This document shows positions 34,148 to 44,533 of a stretch of DNA of 64,000 nt, piece after piece. The notes beneath the pieces were generated by a model. That model was not told the DNA's origin, made no database searches, and saw only the letters and a program-made list of their open reading frames with translations. Both the position numbers and the translations under genes were made by a program. How positions within the stretch are numbered: position 1 is the first letter of the stretch; every line of letters begins with the position of its first letter. This stretch comes from Escherichia coli (GTDB lineage: Bacteria > Pseudomonadota > Gammaproteobacteria > Enterobacterales > Enterobacteriaceae), in the NCBI RefSeq assembly GCF_965641715.1, contig NZ_OZ282453.1; one strand, given 5' to 3'.

Positions 34148-34744
34148 TCAAACCTCTTCTCTTTTTAATTTTTCGTTTATGAGATTATTTCTTTCCCATA
34201 ATCCGGCAAAACGAGCAGCATTACTGGCGGTATAACGTACAGTATGGCGAATATTTCGATGCCCGAGATAATCCTGAATTAAACGAGTATCTGCACCACG
34301 CTCCGCCAGTTCATAACCGCAAGCATGCCTTAACATATGAGGATGAGTCTGCGTTACGGTTCCAGCTTCAATACCGGCATCGCGAATAATGCGATAGGCC
34401 TGCTGGCGAGAAAGCCGACTCCCGCGGCGAGAAATAAATATAGCGTCGGTCCGGTCAGCGCCTTTCCAGTTAGCACGTTCCTGGGTCCAGCGTTCCACAG
34501 CTTCACGCTCATCAAAACGTAACGGGTGAACGGTAGAAAATCCGTTCTTCAGTCGGCGAATATTTATTCGACCTTCATTAAGGTCAAGATCCTGATAATG
34601 CAGATCAAGTAGTTCACTAATACGCATCCCATGCCGATATGCCAACAGAATAAGGCAATAATCTCTGGCTCCCGTTGCCCCGTAACAAACCGCCTGCATC
34701 ATGGCCTGAACTTCTTTACCGGTAAGATAACGACGTTTACTCAC
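34148..34744 (-). CDS. fimE: fimS site-specific tyrosine recombinase (ON-to-OFF)
   Basis: 198-aa ORF; tyrosine recombinase C-terminus (HMLRHACGYELAERGADTRLIQDYLGHRNIRHTVRYT). Confidence 0.95.
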   Translation of the reverse strand: MSKRRYLTGKEVQAMMQAVCYGATGARDYCLILLAYRHGMRISELLDLHYQDLDLNEGRINIRRLKNGFSTVHPLRFDEREAVERWTQERANWKGADRTDAIFISRRGSRLSRQQAYRIIRDAGIEAGTVTQTHPHMLRHACGYELAERGADTRLIQDYLGHRNIRHTVRYTASNAARFAGLWERNNLINEKLKREEV

Positions 34745-35221
34745 AATAGTAGTACTCCTAACTGAGATATATTTGAATGAATACCTATAGGAAACCTCAA
34801 TCGGTCAAAATTAGCCCAATAGATAAAAAGATAACCACACACGAAGTGATATGGCTATCAGTCAATTACATTAAATATCATACAAAAATAAAATATCACT
34901 GATGTGATAACATCTATTTTCATTGATTTGATTCAATATAACAATAGATTGCAGTGGATTAACTTCCAGTTGCTTAAAAAATAAAGAAAAAAGTGCAGAA
35001 ACAGGAGAATTTAAGTGATGTGTAAATTTATGAATGATTTTGTTTATTTATTTTGAAGAACATAAACCATTGTATTTTGTGTGGATATGGTTAACTTAAT
35101 GTTTATTATGAAAATTAATAATCACACTTACAATAACATCAATTAATAAATGGTTAATCATTTTTGATATATCGTAAGAATAATGTAGTTTTTAACACCA
35201 TCCCTGGTATCTCAACTATCT

Positions 35222-35824
35222 CTATAAAACAGCGTGACGCTGTCGTCCTCTGGCTCTATCCCAGATGCCGTAAAAACGCCCTGCATTGCTGGCGGTATAC
35301 CAGACAGTATGACGAATATTGCGATGCCCAAGATAATCCTGGATAAGTCGCGTATCTATTCCCATATTCGCCAAAGCAAAACCACACGAATGGCGTAACA
35401 TGTGCGGATGAATCTCCAGTGACAACCCGGCATTACCACCGGAAGTCGAGATAATATGGTAAAACTGTTGCCGAGAAAGCGGATTTCCCTTACGTGATAA
35501 AAATACCCACTCGCTCTCAGCATGCGGGTACGAAGTACGGATACTCAACCAGTTTTTTAAAGCCTGAACTTCTTTGTTCAATAGCGGATGCGTTGTTGAA
35601 AAGCCTTTTTTTAATCGATGGATATATATACACTTTGCCTTAAGATCAATATCCGAAATCCTCAATCGACAAATTTCACTCGCCCGGAAACCATGAATAA
35701 AACAAAGCAAAGTCAGACAATAATTACGTGCTGCATGAGGCCCGGTATTTGCTGCTTTAAGGAGTGATTCGATTTCACTATGGGTCAGGAAGTTCCTTTT
35801 TTTGTTATCAGCCTTATTCTTCAT
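35222..35824 (-). CDS. fimB: fimS site-specific tyrosine recombinase (bidirectional)
   Basis: ORF 35222-35854; start at MKNKADNKKRNFLT (35824); paralogous to FimE. Confidence 0.95.
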   Translation of the reverse strand: MKNKADNKKRNFLTHSEIESLLKAANTGPHAARNYCLTLLCFIHGFRASEICRLRISDIDLKAKCIYIHRLKKGFSTTHPLLNKEVQALKNWLSIRTSYPHAESEWVFLSRKGNPLSRQQFYHIISTSGGNAGLSLEIHPHMLRHSCGFALANMGIDTRLIQDYLGHRNIRHTVWYTASNAGRFYGIWDRARGRQRHAVL

Positions 35825-36838
35825 CGTTTTTCCCTTATAATTACAGACGCGCACTAGCTGTGCTGGGTTAGCAATAATCCAACATTTTTATCCTGATTAT
35901 GTTTATAAAAGCGAACGTTTGCTTAATAACTAACGTAAGTGGACCAGTTCTTCTGAGTGAACTTAAATGGAGTAGCAACAGTTAATTATAATAACGTTGC
36001 CATACAAACGCTATGCTCTTGCATGCTATGTACCTTTATATATTTATCAATCGGATACGAATCTAATAATAACCCTCATCATTAATGCAACTAATCTTAT
36101 CTATATATCATGTGATATGTTCTGTAACAAGTAAAATCAACATAAAAAATTCAGCAAAATTTAATATTCGTTCAACTAGCCGTCTCACATATGACATTAT
36201 TAGTCAACTCCATTTGCCACAAAATGGCTATTTCATGGAACGCAGTAATTTCTTAGTGGCTATTATCATGCTAATTCTTAGGTCCCTAGCGATTATTCCT
36301 GGCTGGTTCGTCAGTTTAGGCCATGAGATTGTTACATTCCTTTTTATCATGGAGATATGGGGGAAAGCAGGAAACGATTTTTTCATCTACATTCGTTGGT
36401 AAATATAGCTTTGGTCACTACGACTTAAACCTTCCTCAATCACAGGTATTCGCCGGGCGATACGGCAAACAAACTAAGTGAAACATCATCCTGAAAACAC
36501 CAACATCAACAAGCCTCTCCAGATCGACTTCAGAAGTGACCAGTTACAAGCCACAAACCAGGAAACATATTTCATGATGAGAATTATGCTCAGCCTGATG
36601 GCGGGTAAACACTGATTTTCACCAAGCTCACTGAGTTAGCTTGCAAAGCTTTCCTTGTTTAGACTCTAAATAAATTATTTATAAAACAAATAGTTAAACG
36701 AAGATCTTTAGTTTTTGAAGACCACCGCAAGTGTTCGTCTGGCTTCACATGGCATCTTCCTCTTAGAAAAAGATCGACATATTTTGTGACACGAATTGCA
36801 AATCTGGTTTTGTTGTATGGATTGCGTGATTTTTGATC

Positions 36839-36859
36839 TGGTATAACAGGTATAAAGGT
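36839..36859. promoter_or_regulatory. NanR operator-like GGTATA repeat upstream of nanC
   Basis: ggtataacaggtataaaggtg, the GGTATA-repeat pattern of NanR operators, in the long fimB-nanC intergenic region. Confidence 0.5.
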
Positions 36860-37278
36860 GAACCACGATAGACAATGAGACAGGGCATCTCGCAATCTAT
36901 GGCAAACATCACTTCAGTTCTTTCTCATCGGGTGATGAAAACGCACTTCAGTCTGAAAGGAATATGAAAATGAGATCAACAGACACTCTATTTTATGACT
37001 CTGGGTAAAATGAATTGAGTAAGTGATCTAGCTTACGAACATTCAAATCAATTAAACATCAGAATAGATTTTATACTCAAGTATTTAATCTGGCTCTCTG
37101 TTTATTTAAATAATGTGGAAAGAGATTTTTCACAGGAGACATTATACAAAAAATATAAAATACAGCTATCGGTTGCCAAAGACACTATAAGCCTGGCAAA
37201 AAATATTACACAACATAAATGCTAATTGTTTATGCGGGCTTTGTATTGCTTTCTGTATCCTACAAATGAGTGAAATTT

Positions 37279-37995
37279 ATGAAAAAGGCTAAAATACTTT
37301 CTGGCGTATTATTACTGTGCTTTTCGTCACCATTAATTTCTCAGGCTGCAACACTTGACGTACGTGGTGGATATCGTAGTGGAAGCCACGCCTATGAGAC
37401 TCGACTCAAAGTCAGTGAGGGATGGCAAAATGGATGGTGGGCAAGCATGGAAAGTAATACCTGGAATACCATTCATGATAATAAAAAGGAAAATGCCGCA
37501 CTCAATGATGTTCAGGTTGAAGTTAATTACGCAATTAAACTTGATGATCAATGGACGGTGCGCCCGGGAATGTTAACGCATTTTAGCAGCAACGGCACAC
37601 GCTACGGACCCTACGTAAAACTGTCCTGGGACGCGACAAAAGATCTTAATTTTGGCATTCGCTATCGTTACGACTGGAAAGCTTACCGACAACAAGACTT
37701 ATCCGGTGATATGTCTCGTGATAACGTTCATCGTTGGGATGGATATGTCACTTACCATATTAATAGTGATTTCACCTTCGCATGGCAAACGACGCTATAC
37801 AGCAAACAGAACGATTATCGCTATGCAAACCATAAGAAATGGGCGACGGAAAATGCATTTGTTCTACAATACCATATGACGCCCGATATTACGCCATACA
37901 TAGAATATGACTACCTGGACCGTCAGGGTGTTTACAACGGCAGAGATAATTTATCGGAAAACAGTTATCGCATTGGTGTGTCATTTAAACTGTAG
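37279..37995 (+). CDS. nanC: N-acetylneuraminic acid outer-membrane channel (KdgM family)
   Basis: ORF 37270-37995; start MKKAKILSGVLLLCFSSPLISQA. Confidence 0.9.
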   Translation: MKKAKILSGVLLLCFSSPLISQAATLDVRGGYRSGSHAYETRLKVSEGWQNGWWASMESNTWNTIHDNKKENAALNDVQVEVNYAIKLDDQWTVRPGMLTHFSSNGTRYGPYVKLSWDATKDLNFGIRYRYDWKAYRQQDLSGDMSRDNVHRWDGYVTYHINSDFTFAWQTTLYSKQNDYRYANHKKWATENAFVLQYHMTPDITPYIEYDYLDRQGVYNGRDNLSENSYRIGVSFKL

Positions 37996-38014
37996 TAGAC
38001 AGGAGACAGTCACA

Positions 38015-39121
38015 ATGAATAAAACAATAACGGCGCTTGCTATCATGATGGCTTCATTTGCCGCAAACGCGTCTGTATTACCGGAAACTCCTGTGCCATT
38101 TAAAAGTGGTACCGGAGCAATTGATAACGACACTGTCTACATTGGTTTAGGTAGCGCAGGTACGGCATGGTACAAGCTGGAGACACAGGCCAAAGATAAA
38201 AAATGGACAGCGTTAGCTTCATTCCCTGGCGGACCAAGAGATCAAGCAACCTCGGCATTTATTGATGGTGATCTGTATGTGTTTGGCGGCATTGGCAAAA
38301 ATAGCAAGGGCTTGACTCAGGTATTTAATGACGTACACAAATACAACCCCAAAACCAATAGTTGGGTTAAATTGATGTCGCACGCACCGATGGGCATGGC
38401 GGGTCATGTGACTTTTGTACACAACGGCAAGGCTTATGTTACTGGCGGTGTTAACCAGAATATCTTCAATGGCTATTTTGAAGATCTCAACGAGGCTGGA
38501 AAAGATTCAGCCGCTATAGATAAAATCAACGCTCACTATTTTGACAAAAAAGCAGAAGATTATTTCTTCAATAAGTTTCTGTTGTCTTTTGATCCCTCAA
38601 CCCAGCAATGGAGTTACGCTGGCGAATCTCCCTGGTACGGAACGGCTGGTGCGGCGGTTGTGAATAAAGGTGATAAAACCTGGCTTATTAATGGCGAAGC
38701 CAAACCCGGATTGCGAACGGATGCCGTATTTGAACTTGATTTCACCGGTAATAATTTAAAATGGAATAAGCTTGCTCCCGTCTCATCACCAGATGGCGTC
38801 GCTGGCGGTTTTGCGGGGATAAGCAATGATTCTCTTATATTTGCCGGAGGGGCCGGATTCAAAGGTTCACGAGAAAATTACCAGAACGGTAAGAACTATG
38901 CGCATGAAGGCCTGAAAAAATCATATAGCACTGATATTCATCTTTGGCATAACGGGAAATGGGATAAATCGGGTGAATTATCGCAAGGTCGGGCCTACGG
39001 AGTATCATTGCCCTGGAATAATAGTCTATTGATTATTGGCGGTGAATCTGCAGGCGGCAAAGCGGTGACGGATTCAGTTTTGATCTCTGTGAAGGATAAT
39101 AAAGTTACAGTACAAAACTAA
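38015..39121 (+). CDS. nanM: N-acetylneuraminate mutarotase (Kelch-repeat beta-propeller)
   Basis: ORF 37907-39121; start at MNKTITALAIMMASFAANA (38015). Confidence 0.9.
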   Translation: MNKTITALAIMMASFAANASVLPETPVPFKSGTGAIDNDTVYIGLGSAGTAWYKLETQAKDKKWTALASFPGGPRDQATSAFIDGDLYVFGGIGKNSKGLTQVFNDVHKYNPKTNSWVKLMSHAPMGMAGHVTFVHNGKAYVTGGVNQNIFNGYFEDLNEAGKDSAAIDKINAHYFDKKAEDYFFNKFLLSFDPSTQQWSYAGESPWYGTAGAAVVNKGDKTWLINGEAKPGLRTDAVFELDFTGNNLKWNKLAPVSSPDGVAGGFAGISNDSLIFAGGAGFKGSRENYQNGKNYAHEGLKKSYSTDIHLWHNGKWDKSGELSQGRAYGVSLPWNNSLLIIGGESAGGKAVTDSVLISVKDNKVTVQN

Positions 39122-39126
39122 CGCTT

Positions 39127-39152
39127 CAGGGCCCCAGTAAAGGGGCCCTGCT
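39127..39152 (+). terminator. hairpin downstream of nanM
   Basis: cagggcccc-agtaaa-ggggccctg inverted repeat. Confidence 0.4.
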
Positions 39153-39185
39153 ATCAATTTGTCATTTCAATTACGCGAAATTTAT

Positions 39186-40166
39186 ATGAACGCAATAATA
39201 TCGCCTGATTATTACTATGTTCTTACTGTTGCTGGTCAGTCTAATGCCATGGCGTATGGCGAAGGACTGCCATTACCGGACAGGGAAGATGCGCCTCATC
39301 CCAGAATTAAACAATTAGCGAGATTTGCGCATACGCATCCCGGAGGCCCGTCATGTCACTTTAACGACATTATTCCACTGACTCACTGCCCACACGATGT
39401 TCAGGATATGCAGGGTTATCACCATCCTCTGGCAACGAATCATCAAACACAGTACGGCACCGTTGGCCAGGCACTGCATATTGCACGGAAATTACTGCCC
39501 TTCATTCCTGATAATGCAGGGGTTCTCATCGTTCCATGTTGCCGTGGCGGATCGGCTTTTACCGCGGGCAGCGAGGGGACATATTCAGAACGGCACGGAG
39601 CCAGCCATGATGCTTGTCGTTGGGGAACGGATACTCCGCTGTACCAGGATTTAGTCAGCAGAACGCGAGCCGCACTGGCAAAAAATCCGCAGAACAAATT
39701 CCTCGGCGTATGCTGGATGCAAGGCGAATTTGACTTAATGACCAGTGACTACGCGTCACACCCTCAACACTTTAATCATATGGTTGAAGCCTTTCGTAGG
39801 GATCTAAAACAATACCATTCTCAGCTGAATAATATTACTGACGCGCCGTGGTTTTGCGGCGATACCACCTGGTACTGGAAAGAAAATTTCCCTCATGCGT
39901 ATGAAGCTATTTATGGCAATTATCAAAATAATGTTTTAGCTAATATTATTTTCGTCGACTTCCAGCAACAAGGTGCAAGAGGGCTAACGAACGCGCCTGA
40001 TGAAGATCCGGACGATTTAAGCACGGGATATTACGGTTCAGCGTACCGGTCACCGGAGAACTGGACGACGGCACTGCGAAGCAGTCATTTCAGCTCAGCA
40101 GCCCGTCGGGGGATTATTTCTGACAGGTTTGTAGAAGCAATTTTGCAGTTTTGGCGCGAAAGGTGA
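39186..40166 (+). CDS. nanS: 9-O-acetyl-N-acetylneuraminate esterase
   Basis: ORF 39159-40166; start at MNAIISPDYYYVLTVAGQSNAMAYGEG (39186). Confidence 0.9.
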   Translation: MNAIISPDYYYVLTVAGQSNAMAYGEGLPLPDREDAPHPRIKQLARFAHTHPGGPSCHFNDIIPLTHCPHDVQDMQGYHHPLATNHQTQYGTVGQALHIARKLLPFIPDNAGVLIVPCCRGGSAFTAGSEGTYSERHGASHDACRWGTDTPLYQDLVSRTRAALAKNPQNKFLGVCWMQGEFDLMTSDYASHPQHFNHMVEAFRRDLKQYHSQLNNITDAPWFCGDTTWYWKENFPHAYEAIYGNYQNNVLANIIFVDFQQQGARGLTNAPDEDPDDLSTGYYGSAYRSPENWTTALRSSHFSSAARRGIISDRFVEAILQFWRER

Positions 40167-40173
40167 GCGTTCA

Positions 40174-40824
40174 TTAATTTGATTTATTCGCATCCATCAG
40201 CGCTTTTAACTCCTCCGGCGTAAACGGTGGTTTGCGTCGGTGCAACATCGCATGGCAATTAGGGCACACAGGAAGTAAATCATTAACTGGATCCAGCTGG
40301 TAATCCTCTTTAATGGCTGAAAGCGGCACCAGGTGATGCATATGGATAAAACCCTCAGCGATATCGCCATAGATCTTCACCAGATCAACGCCGCATACGT
40401 TGCACTGGCATCCGTGATGTTCGACTGCTTTCTCGCGAGCTTTTTTATCGCGTTCATAGCGGTTTACCGTCACCTTTATCGCCGCACCTTCAACGTAGGT
40501 CCCCTGCGACGGCAACTCATCCGGGAACAGAACATCGGCTATGGGAGCCGCAGCGGCTTTATCCTGATGAATATGAAATCCCTGATCTATAAGTAGCTTG
40601 ACGCATTTAGATTTTATTCCGCCGGTGAAATCCGCAGGGGTAAATTGCGTCCCCGTCATCAATGTCGCTGCGATGCCAGCAATCGCCTTCGAGGGGTAAC
40701 GTCGGCCATGATATTCAATCTCATACAACCGCGCAGGCTGGAACTGATGAGTTTCTCCCGCATCCCATAAATGGATAGCTTCGATGATATACCGCCGCGG
40801 AAGATGGTCGGGAAGTTTATTCAT
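40174..40824 (-). CDS. HNH endonuclease with N-terminal domain of unknown function
   Basis: 216-aa ORF with RBS; C-terminal HNH signature (CQCNVCG ... HMHHLVPLS ... PVCPNCHAMLH); convergent with nanS. Confidence 0.75.
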   Translation of the reverse strand: MNKLPDHLPRRYIIEAIHLWDAGETHQFQPARLYEIEYHGRRYPSKAIAGIAATLMTGTQFTPADFTGGIKSKCVKLLIDQGFHIHQDKAAAAPIADVLFPDELPSQGTYVEGAAIKVTVNRYERDKKAREKAVEHHGCQCNVCGVDLVKIYGDIAEGFIHMHHLVPLSAIKEDYQLDPVNDLLPVCPNCHAMLHRRKPPFTPEELKALMDANKSN

Positions 40825-41517
40825 GGGGAATATCCTTATACGTTCTCAGAACAGGCAGCAAAAAAACAAATGAGATCAAGGTAATATATCTTCACTTGCA
40901 GGCTTGAACAGCAGAAAATTTGCGAGCATGATCGCAATTATTTCACTGCCAGGGATATCAATGGCTTCCAGTAAATCGCTACAGCAGGCAATTGCCAATA
41001 TAAAAATCTGGCACAAGGGTGAACAGCGCACGCCGCATAAGCCATTGTTATTGCTATACGTATTAGCGGGATACCTGAATGGACATCCGCACCTTTTCGA
41101 TTATTGTAGTGGAACAGTCTACGAGGATGCAGTTCGAAGTGAGTAAGTAAAGGTTGCTGGAAACGATCAATGCCGCCATACAATGATATTTGAGGATCAA
41201 CAATGAGTAATAAAAACTACGAAAGTCACCGCAAAGCGATTGTTAGTAAAGGTATACCACCCGCTCTATTAAATAGGCTCACCAATTCGGATGTTCAGGT
41301 GATCAATACCTTCTTAACACGAGTGAGCAAACTGGAACTATCTCAACAAGAGAAAGACTGGATCATAAAAATCATCTCTATGGTTTAGAGAATTTCAGCC
41401 TTGTAGTGGTCAACAAAAACTGGTCACAATTTTAGATTTTTCCAGTATCTATTTTCCGATTCGTTCGGCGGTAATCCACCGATATATTCATGAGGCCGGG
41501 GTACACTACAATATTCA

Positions 41518-41649
<132 letters not shown>

Positions 41650-41841
41650 CTACTTGATCCGATAACACCACAGCACCTACCTGAACTGTCCGCTTGTGTA
41701 ATGGCTCCCCTGGTCGCCCTTTTAAGAGTCAAGACGTTATCGGGATGCTGTTGATTTCGTTGTAATGTATAAACTTCACGTCGCCACACCACACTTGATT
41801 TGGCTCTGTCACGGCGAACTGCCGTTCAGGGAGTCCTGACA

Positions 41842-42027
41842 TCAAGAGCGCGGTAGCTTTTTTCCTTTAGCCTCACGTATTTCGATTTGTTCCGGAATTA
41901 TCAGGGAGGTTTTTGGTGTTTTGCCCTTACGCTCATCACGCTGTTGTTTGCCCCATCTTGTTATCGAGGAAAAGCCGACATCCATAGCTTTGGCGGCATC
42001 TGCCACAGTATTGTTCGGGGTGAACAT
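41842..42027 (-). mobile_element. IS3-family (IS911-like) transposase OrfA remnant
   Basis: 61-aa fragment [33 protein letters not shown]...PEQIEIRE resembles the IS911/IS3 OrfA HTH region; no intact transposase or terminal repeats seen. Confidence 0.7.
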
Positions 42028-42301
42028 ATCCTCTGTTCAGGTGGACAAATTCAGTAAACCATTACATATGAGGCAGTGGCGGTAACACGGTCTCAACGAT
42101 ATGACGCTGCACACTACGATAAAAAAGAGGAGTTTAAAGATAAGATAAAGGGCGGCTTCAGGGGGATAAAATAGAATGTAATGCGCAGAAAACACGTATA
42201 AATTTCAAACAACGATGGTTAAAAAGTTAGCTGGGTCAACTCCCCCACACTGAGTCGGTGGAGGAGTATTCGTGATTAAGGGACGAAGGTTATAGACCGT
42301 G

Positions 42302-44533
42302 TTAGTTCTCAACCATCAATCGGGAAAGTTTGGCAAAAATCGAACTCTTACTACTTTCGCCACTCCTGAGCATATCCAGGGTGAAGCTATTGAGGTAAGC
42401 ACCAGTTAACGGGTGGTTAAATACATCTACGGCCTTACCTTGGGCGTCCCATATCAGCAGATTTTCTACCAGGTTAGGCCGTGCAATAGTAGGATTTGTA
42501 GGCTGAGCATCGCTTACCAGAACAAACACTCCATTCACATGCGGTTGCAGGTAAATATGGTGATGCTTCATCTTTTGAGTTTTGGTCAACGAGTCGTATT
42601 TCGAGCGGCCCGGTGATATCAGATAGGGCAGTACGTTTTGCTCCAATTTTGCTGAGCGGGTGATGGTATAGCCGTTAAATTTATCACCTTTACGCTCCGC
42701 CAGCGCTTTTTCTTGTTCCTGATAAGCATATGAATCGACGATATTAAATTGCGCTGGGCCAATCAGGCGCGGCACGCGGGAGCTGTTATAGGTGGTAAGC
42801 AGCACATCTGCTGTGTGGTCGTAGAGATAGAAGCTTTTATCGAATAATTTCTTTAGTCGTCCCAGAGCTGGATGATCAACAGATAGATACTCGAATTCAC
42901 CTTCAGCGATCCCGGTATCAACCACCCTAAGTTGGCCGCGCTCTATTTTTAGTTCAACATATCCAAGCAGGGAGAGATAGCTTTTTGTTTTGCGTACTGA
43001 ATAGGCGGTATAGTGCCCATCCGCCAATTCTGGCAGTGGTATGTTATGTTGATTGAGTAAGCTCTCTTTGAACCATAGTTCAGTTTTTGTTCGGCGTACC
43101 TTACTTTTCAATAAGGTAACTGCTGACTTGAGACGACTGTGTGGTTTCGTCAGTTCGATTTCGTATTGTGCAGGGTTGCTTACCAATTGTTCATTAATAA
43201 AATCAATCGCATCCAGCAACTTACGATCAATATTCATTCCTTGTAAAACCACAGGCACCGGTTGCTGATTTAGCCACCCTTGCAAACGATCTAGCTTAAG
43301 CTGGGTATAGGTATCCCAGTTGAGTTCAGGCTGTTTTCGGGCGTCGTCAAAGGCTGCATAGAAATCATTGTACTCAACAGATTCATTCTCTTGCTGCCGG
43401 ATGCTGTTGCTTCGTTCTTCCTCTACCGCATTGAGTACCAGAATAGATGTATTGGCAGGCAGCTCAGCAAATCCGGTTTGTCGGGAATGCTTAAGCGATG
43501 CAAGAGGCCAGAGTTGATACCCAGGGAACTGGTTGGCTAATGCATCAAAGAAATAAGCTTCTTGCGTGACGCTGAATTCGACGCCGTTATTAACCACCAA
43601 CAGCGTATTAGCCAGCTGTTGATCGAGGTCGGTAGCAAACTGATTGACCTCGTGTGTAGCCTGAAATGGGATAGGTTGATGGGGGATCTCTAGTTCACTG
43701 AGGCGCTCGCTGGCAGCATTCATGACCACGTTATAGGTATAGACCTGGCATTCGCCATAGCCGCTGCGCTCACGAAAAAAATCCAGTTTGCTATCACGGG
43801 CATCAAGTTTGCGCCGAGCTTTAAGCCGACGATTATCGATGTTAAACCACACGCTGGTATCATCCAGGGATAGGTGCATCTCATCCGCCGGTTCGACCAG
43901 GAATTTTCGTTTGTGCAAGGTAAAAGCGAGTTCATTATATTCTGAGGCATAAATGTCGAGCTCAAAGGCTTCCATCACCCCGATGCCTTTTTTTTGTGTG
44001 ACGGGCTGACTCAGACGAGCGTTAAGGTAAAGCGTTGAGTTGAAGTAAGTCGGCGATACCGAAAAGCGCTCACTGGCTTTTTCCAGCATTACCATTTTCA
44101 AATGCAGGCTAAATAATCCCTGAATCAGGCGAGATAGGTCATGATTTTCAGCGGTGAGTTGCTGACAAAGCGTTTCAATACGTTCTGCCAACGTCCTATG
44201 AGCCTGACTGTTCGGGTTAGTTGCAGGCGCCAGGAAAAAAAAGACGTGATGGTAATTTGGTAAGCAATGCAGTTCATATTTTACCTCCTGCCCGGCCTCC
44301 AGCCCAAGCTTCTGCCGCACGCAAGATTTTACCTCCTGATGAATTCGCGCATAGTAATCAGCGGATTTTTCTTTTCGCTCTTTAGTAAAGCGCTGAACCA
44401 TAAAGTCTATCGTATAGATATTAGATACAGGGGCCAATAGACGCTGGATGGTCGTCAGCTGATCTTCTTCAAGCTTGATCAAATTGGTTCGGGCAATCGG
44501 AGCATCCGTCAGTTCATTCAAATTAGGGATCAT
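42302..44533 (-). CDS. 743-aa protein of unknown function, second gene of the helicase operon
   Basis: ATG overlaps the upstream helicase stop (ATGA); RBS AAGGAAAAG; no motif I can assign. Confidence 0.8.
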   Translation of the reverse strand: MIPNLNELTDAPIARTNLIKLEEDQLTTIQRLLAPVSNIYTIDFMVQRFTKERKEKSADYYARIHQEVKSCVRQKLGLEAGQEVKYELHCLPNYHHVFFFLAPATNPNSQAHRTLAERIETLCQQLTAENHDLSRLIQGLFSLHLKMVMLEKASERFSVSPTYFNSTLYLNARLSQPVTQKKGIGVMEAFELDIYASEYNELAFTLHKRKFLVEPADEMHLSLDDTSVWFNIDNRRLKARRKLDARDSKLDFFRERSGYGECQVYTYNVVMNAASERLSELEIPHQPIPFQATHEVNQFATDLDQQLANTLLVVNNGVEFSVTQEAYFFDALANQFPGYQLWPLASLKHSRQTGFAELPANTSILVLNAVEEERSNSIRQQENESVEYNDFYAAFDDARKQPELNWDTYTQLKLDRLQGWLNQQPVPVVLQGMNIDRKLLDAIDFINEQLVSNPAQYEIELTKPHSRLKSAVTLLKSKVRRTKTELWFKESLLNQHNIPLPELADGHYTAYSVRKTKSYLSLLGYVELKIERGQLRVVDTGIAEGEFEYLSVDHPALGRLKKLFDKSFYLYDHTADVLLTTYNSSRVPRLIGPAQFNIVDSYAYQEQEKALAERKGDKFNGYTITRSAKLEQNVLPYLISPGRSKYDSLTKTQKMKHHHIYLQPHVNGVFVLVSDAQPTNPTIARPNLVENLLIWDAQGKAVDVFNHPLTGAYLNSFTLDMLRSGESSKSSIFAKLSRLMVEN

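Noticed and set aside
36085-36402. 105-aa ORF in the fimB-nanC intergenic region
   Set aside because: AT-rich regulatory region known to be non-coding in K-12; no RBS; low-complexity translation
41842-42027. Intact insertion sequence at the IS911-like hit
   Set aside because: Only a 61-aa OrfA fragment is present; no OrfB frame and no terminal inverted repeats were found, so it is a remnant rather than a functional IS
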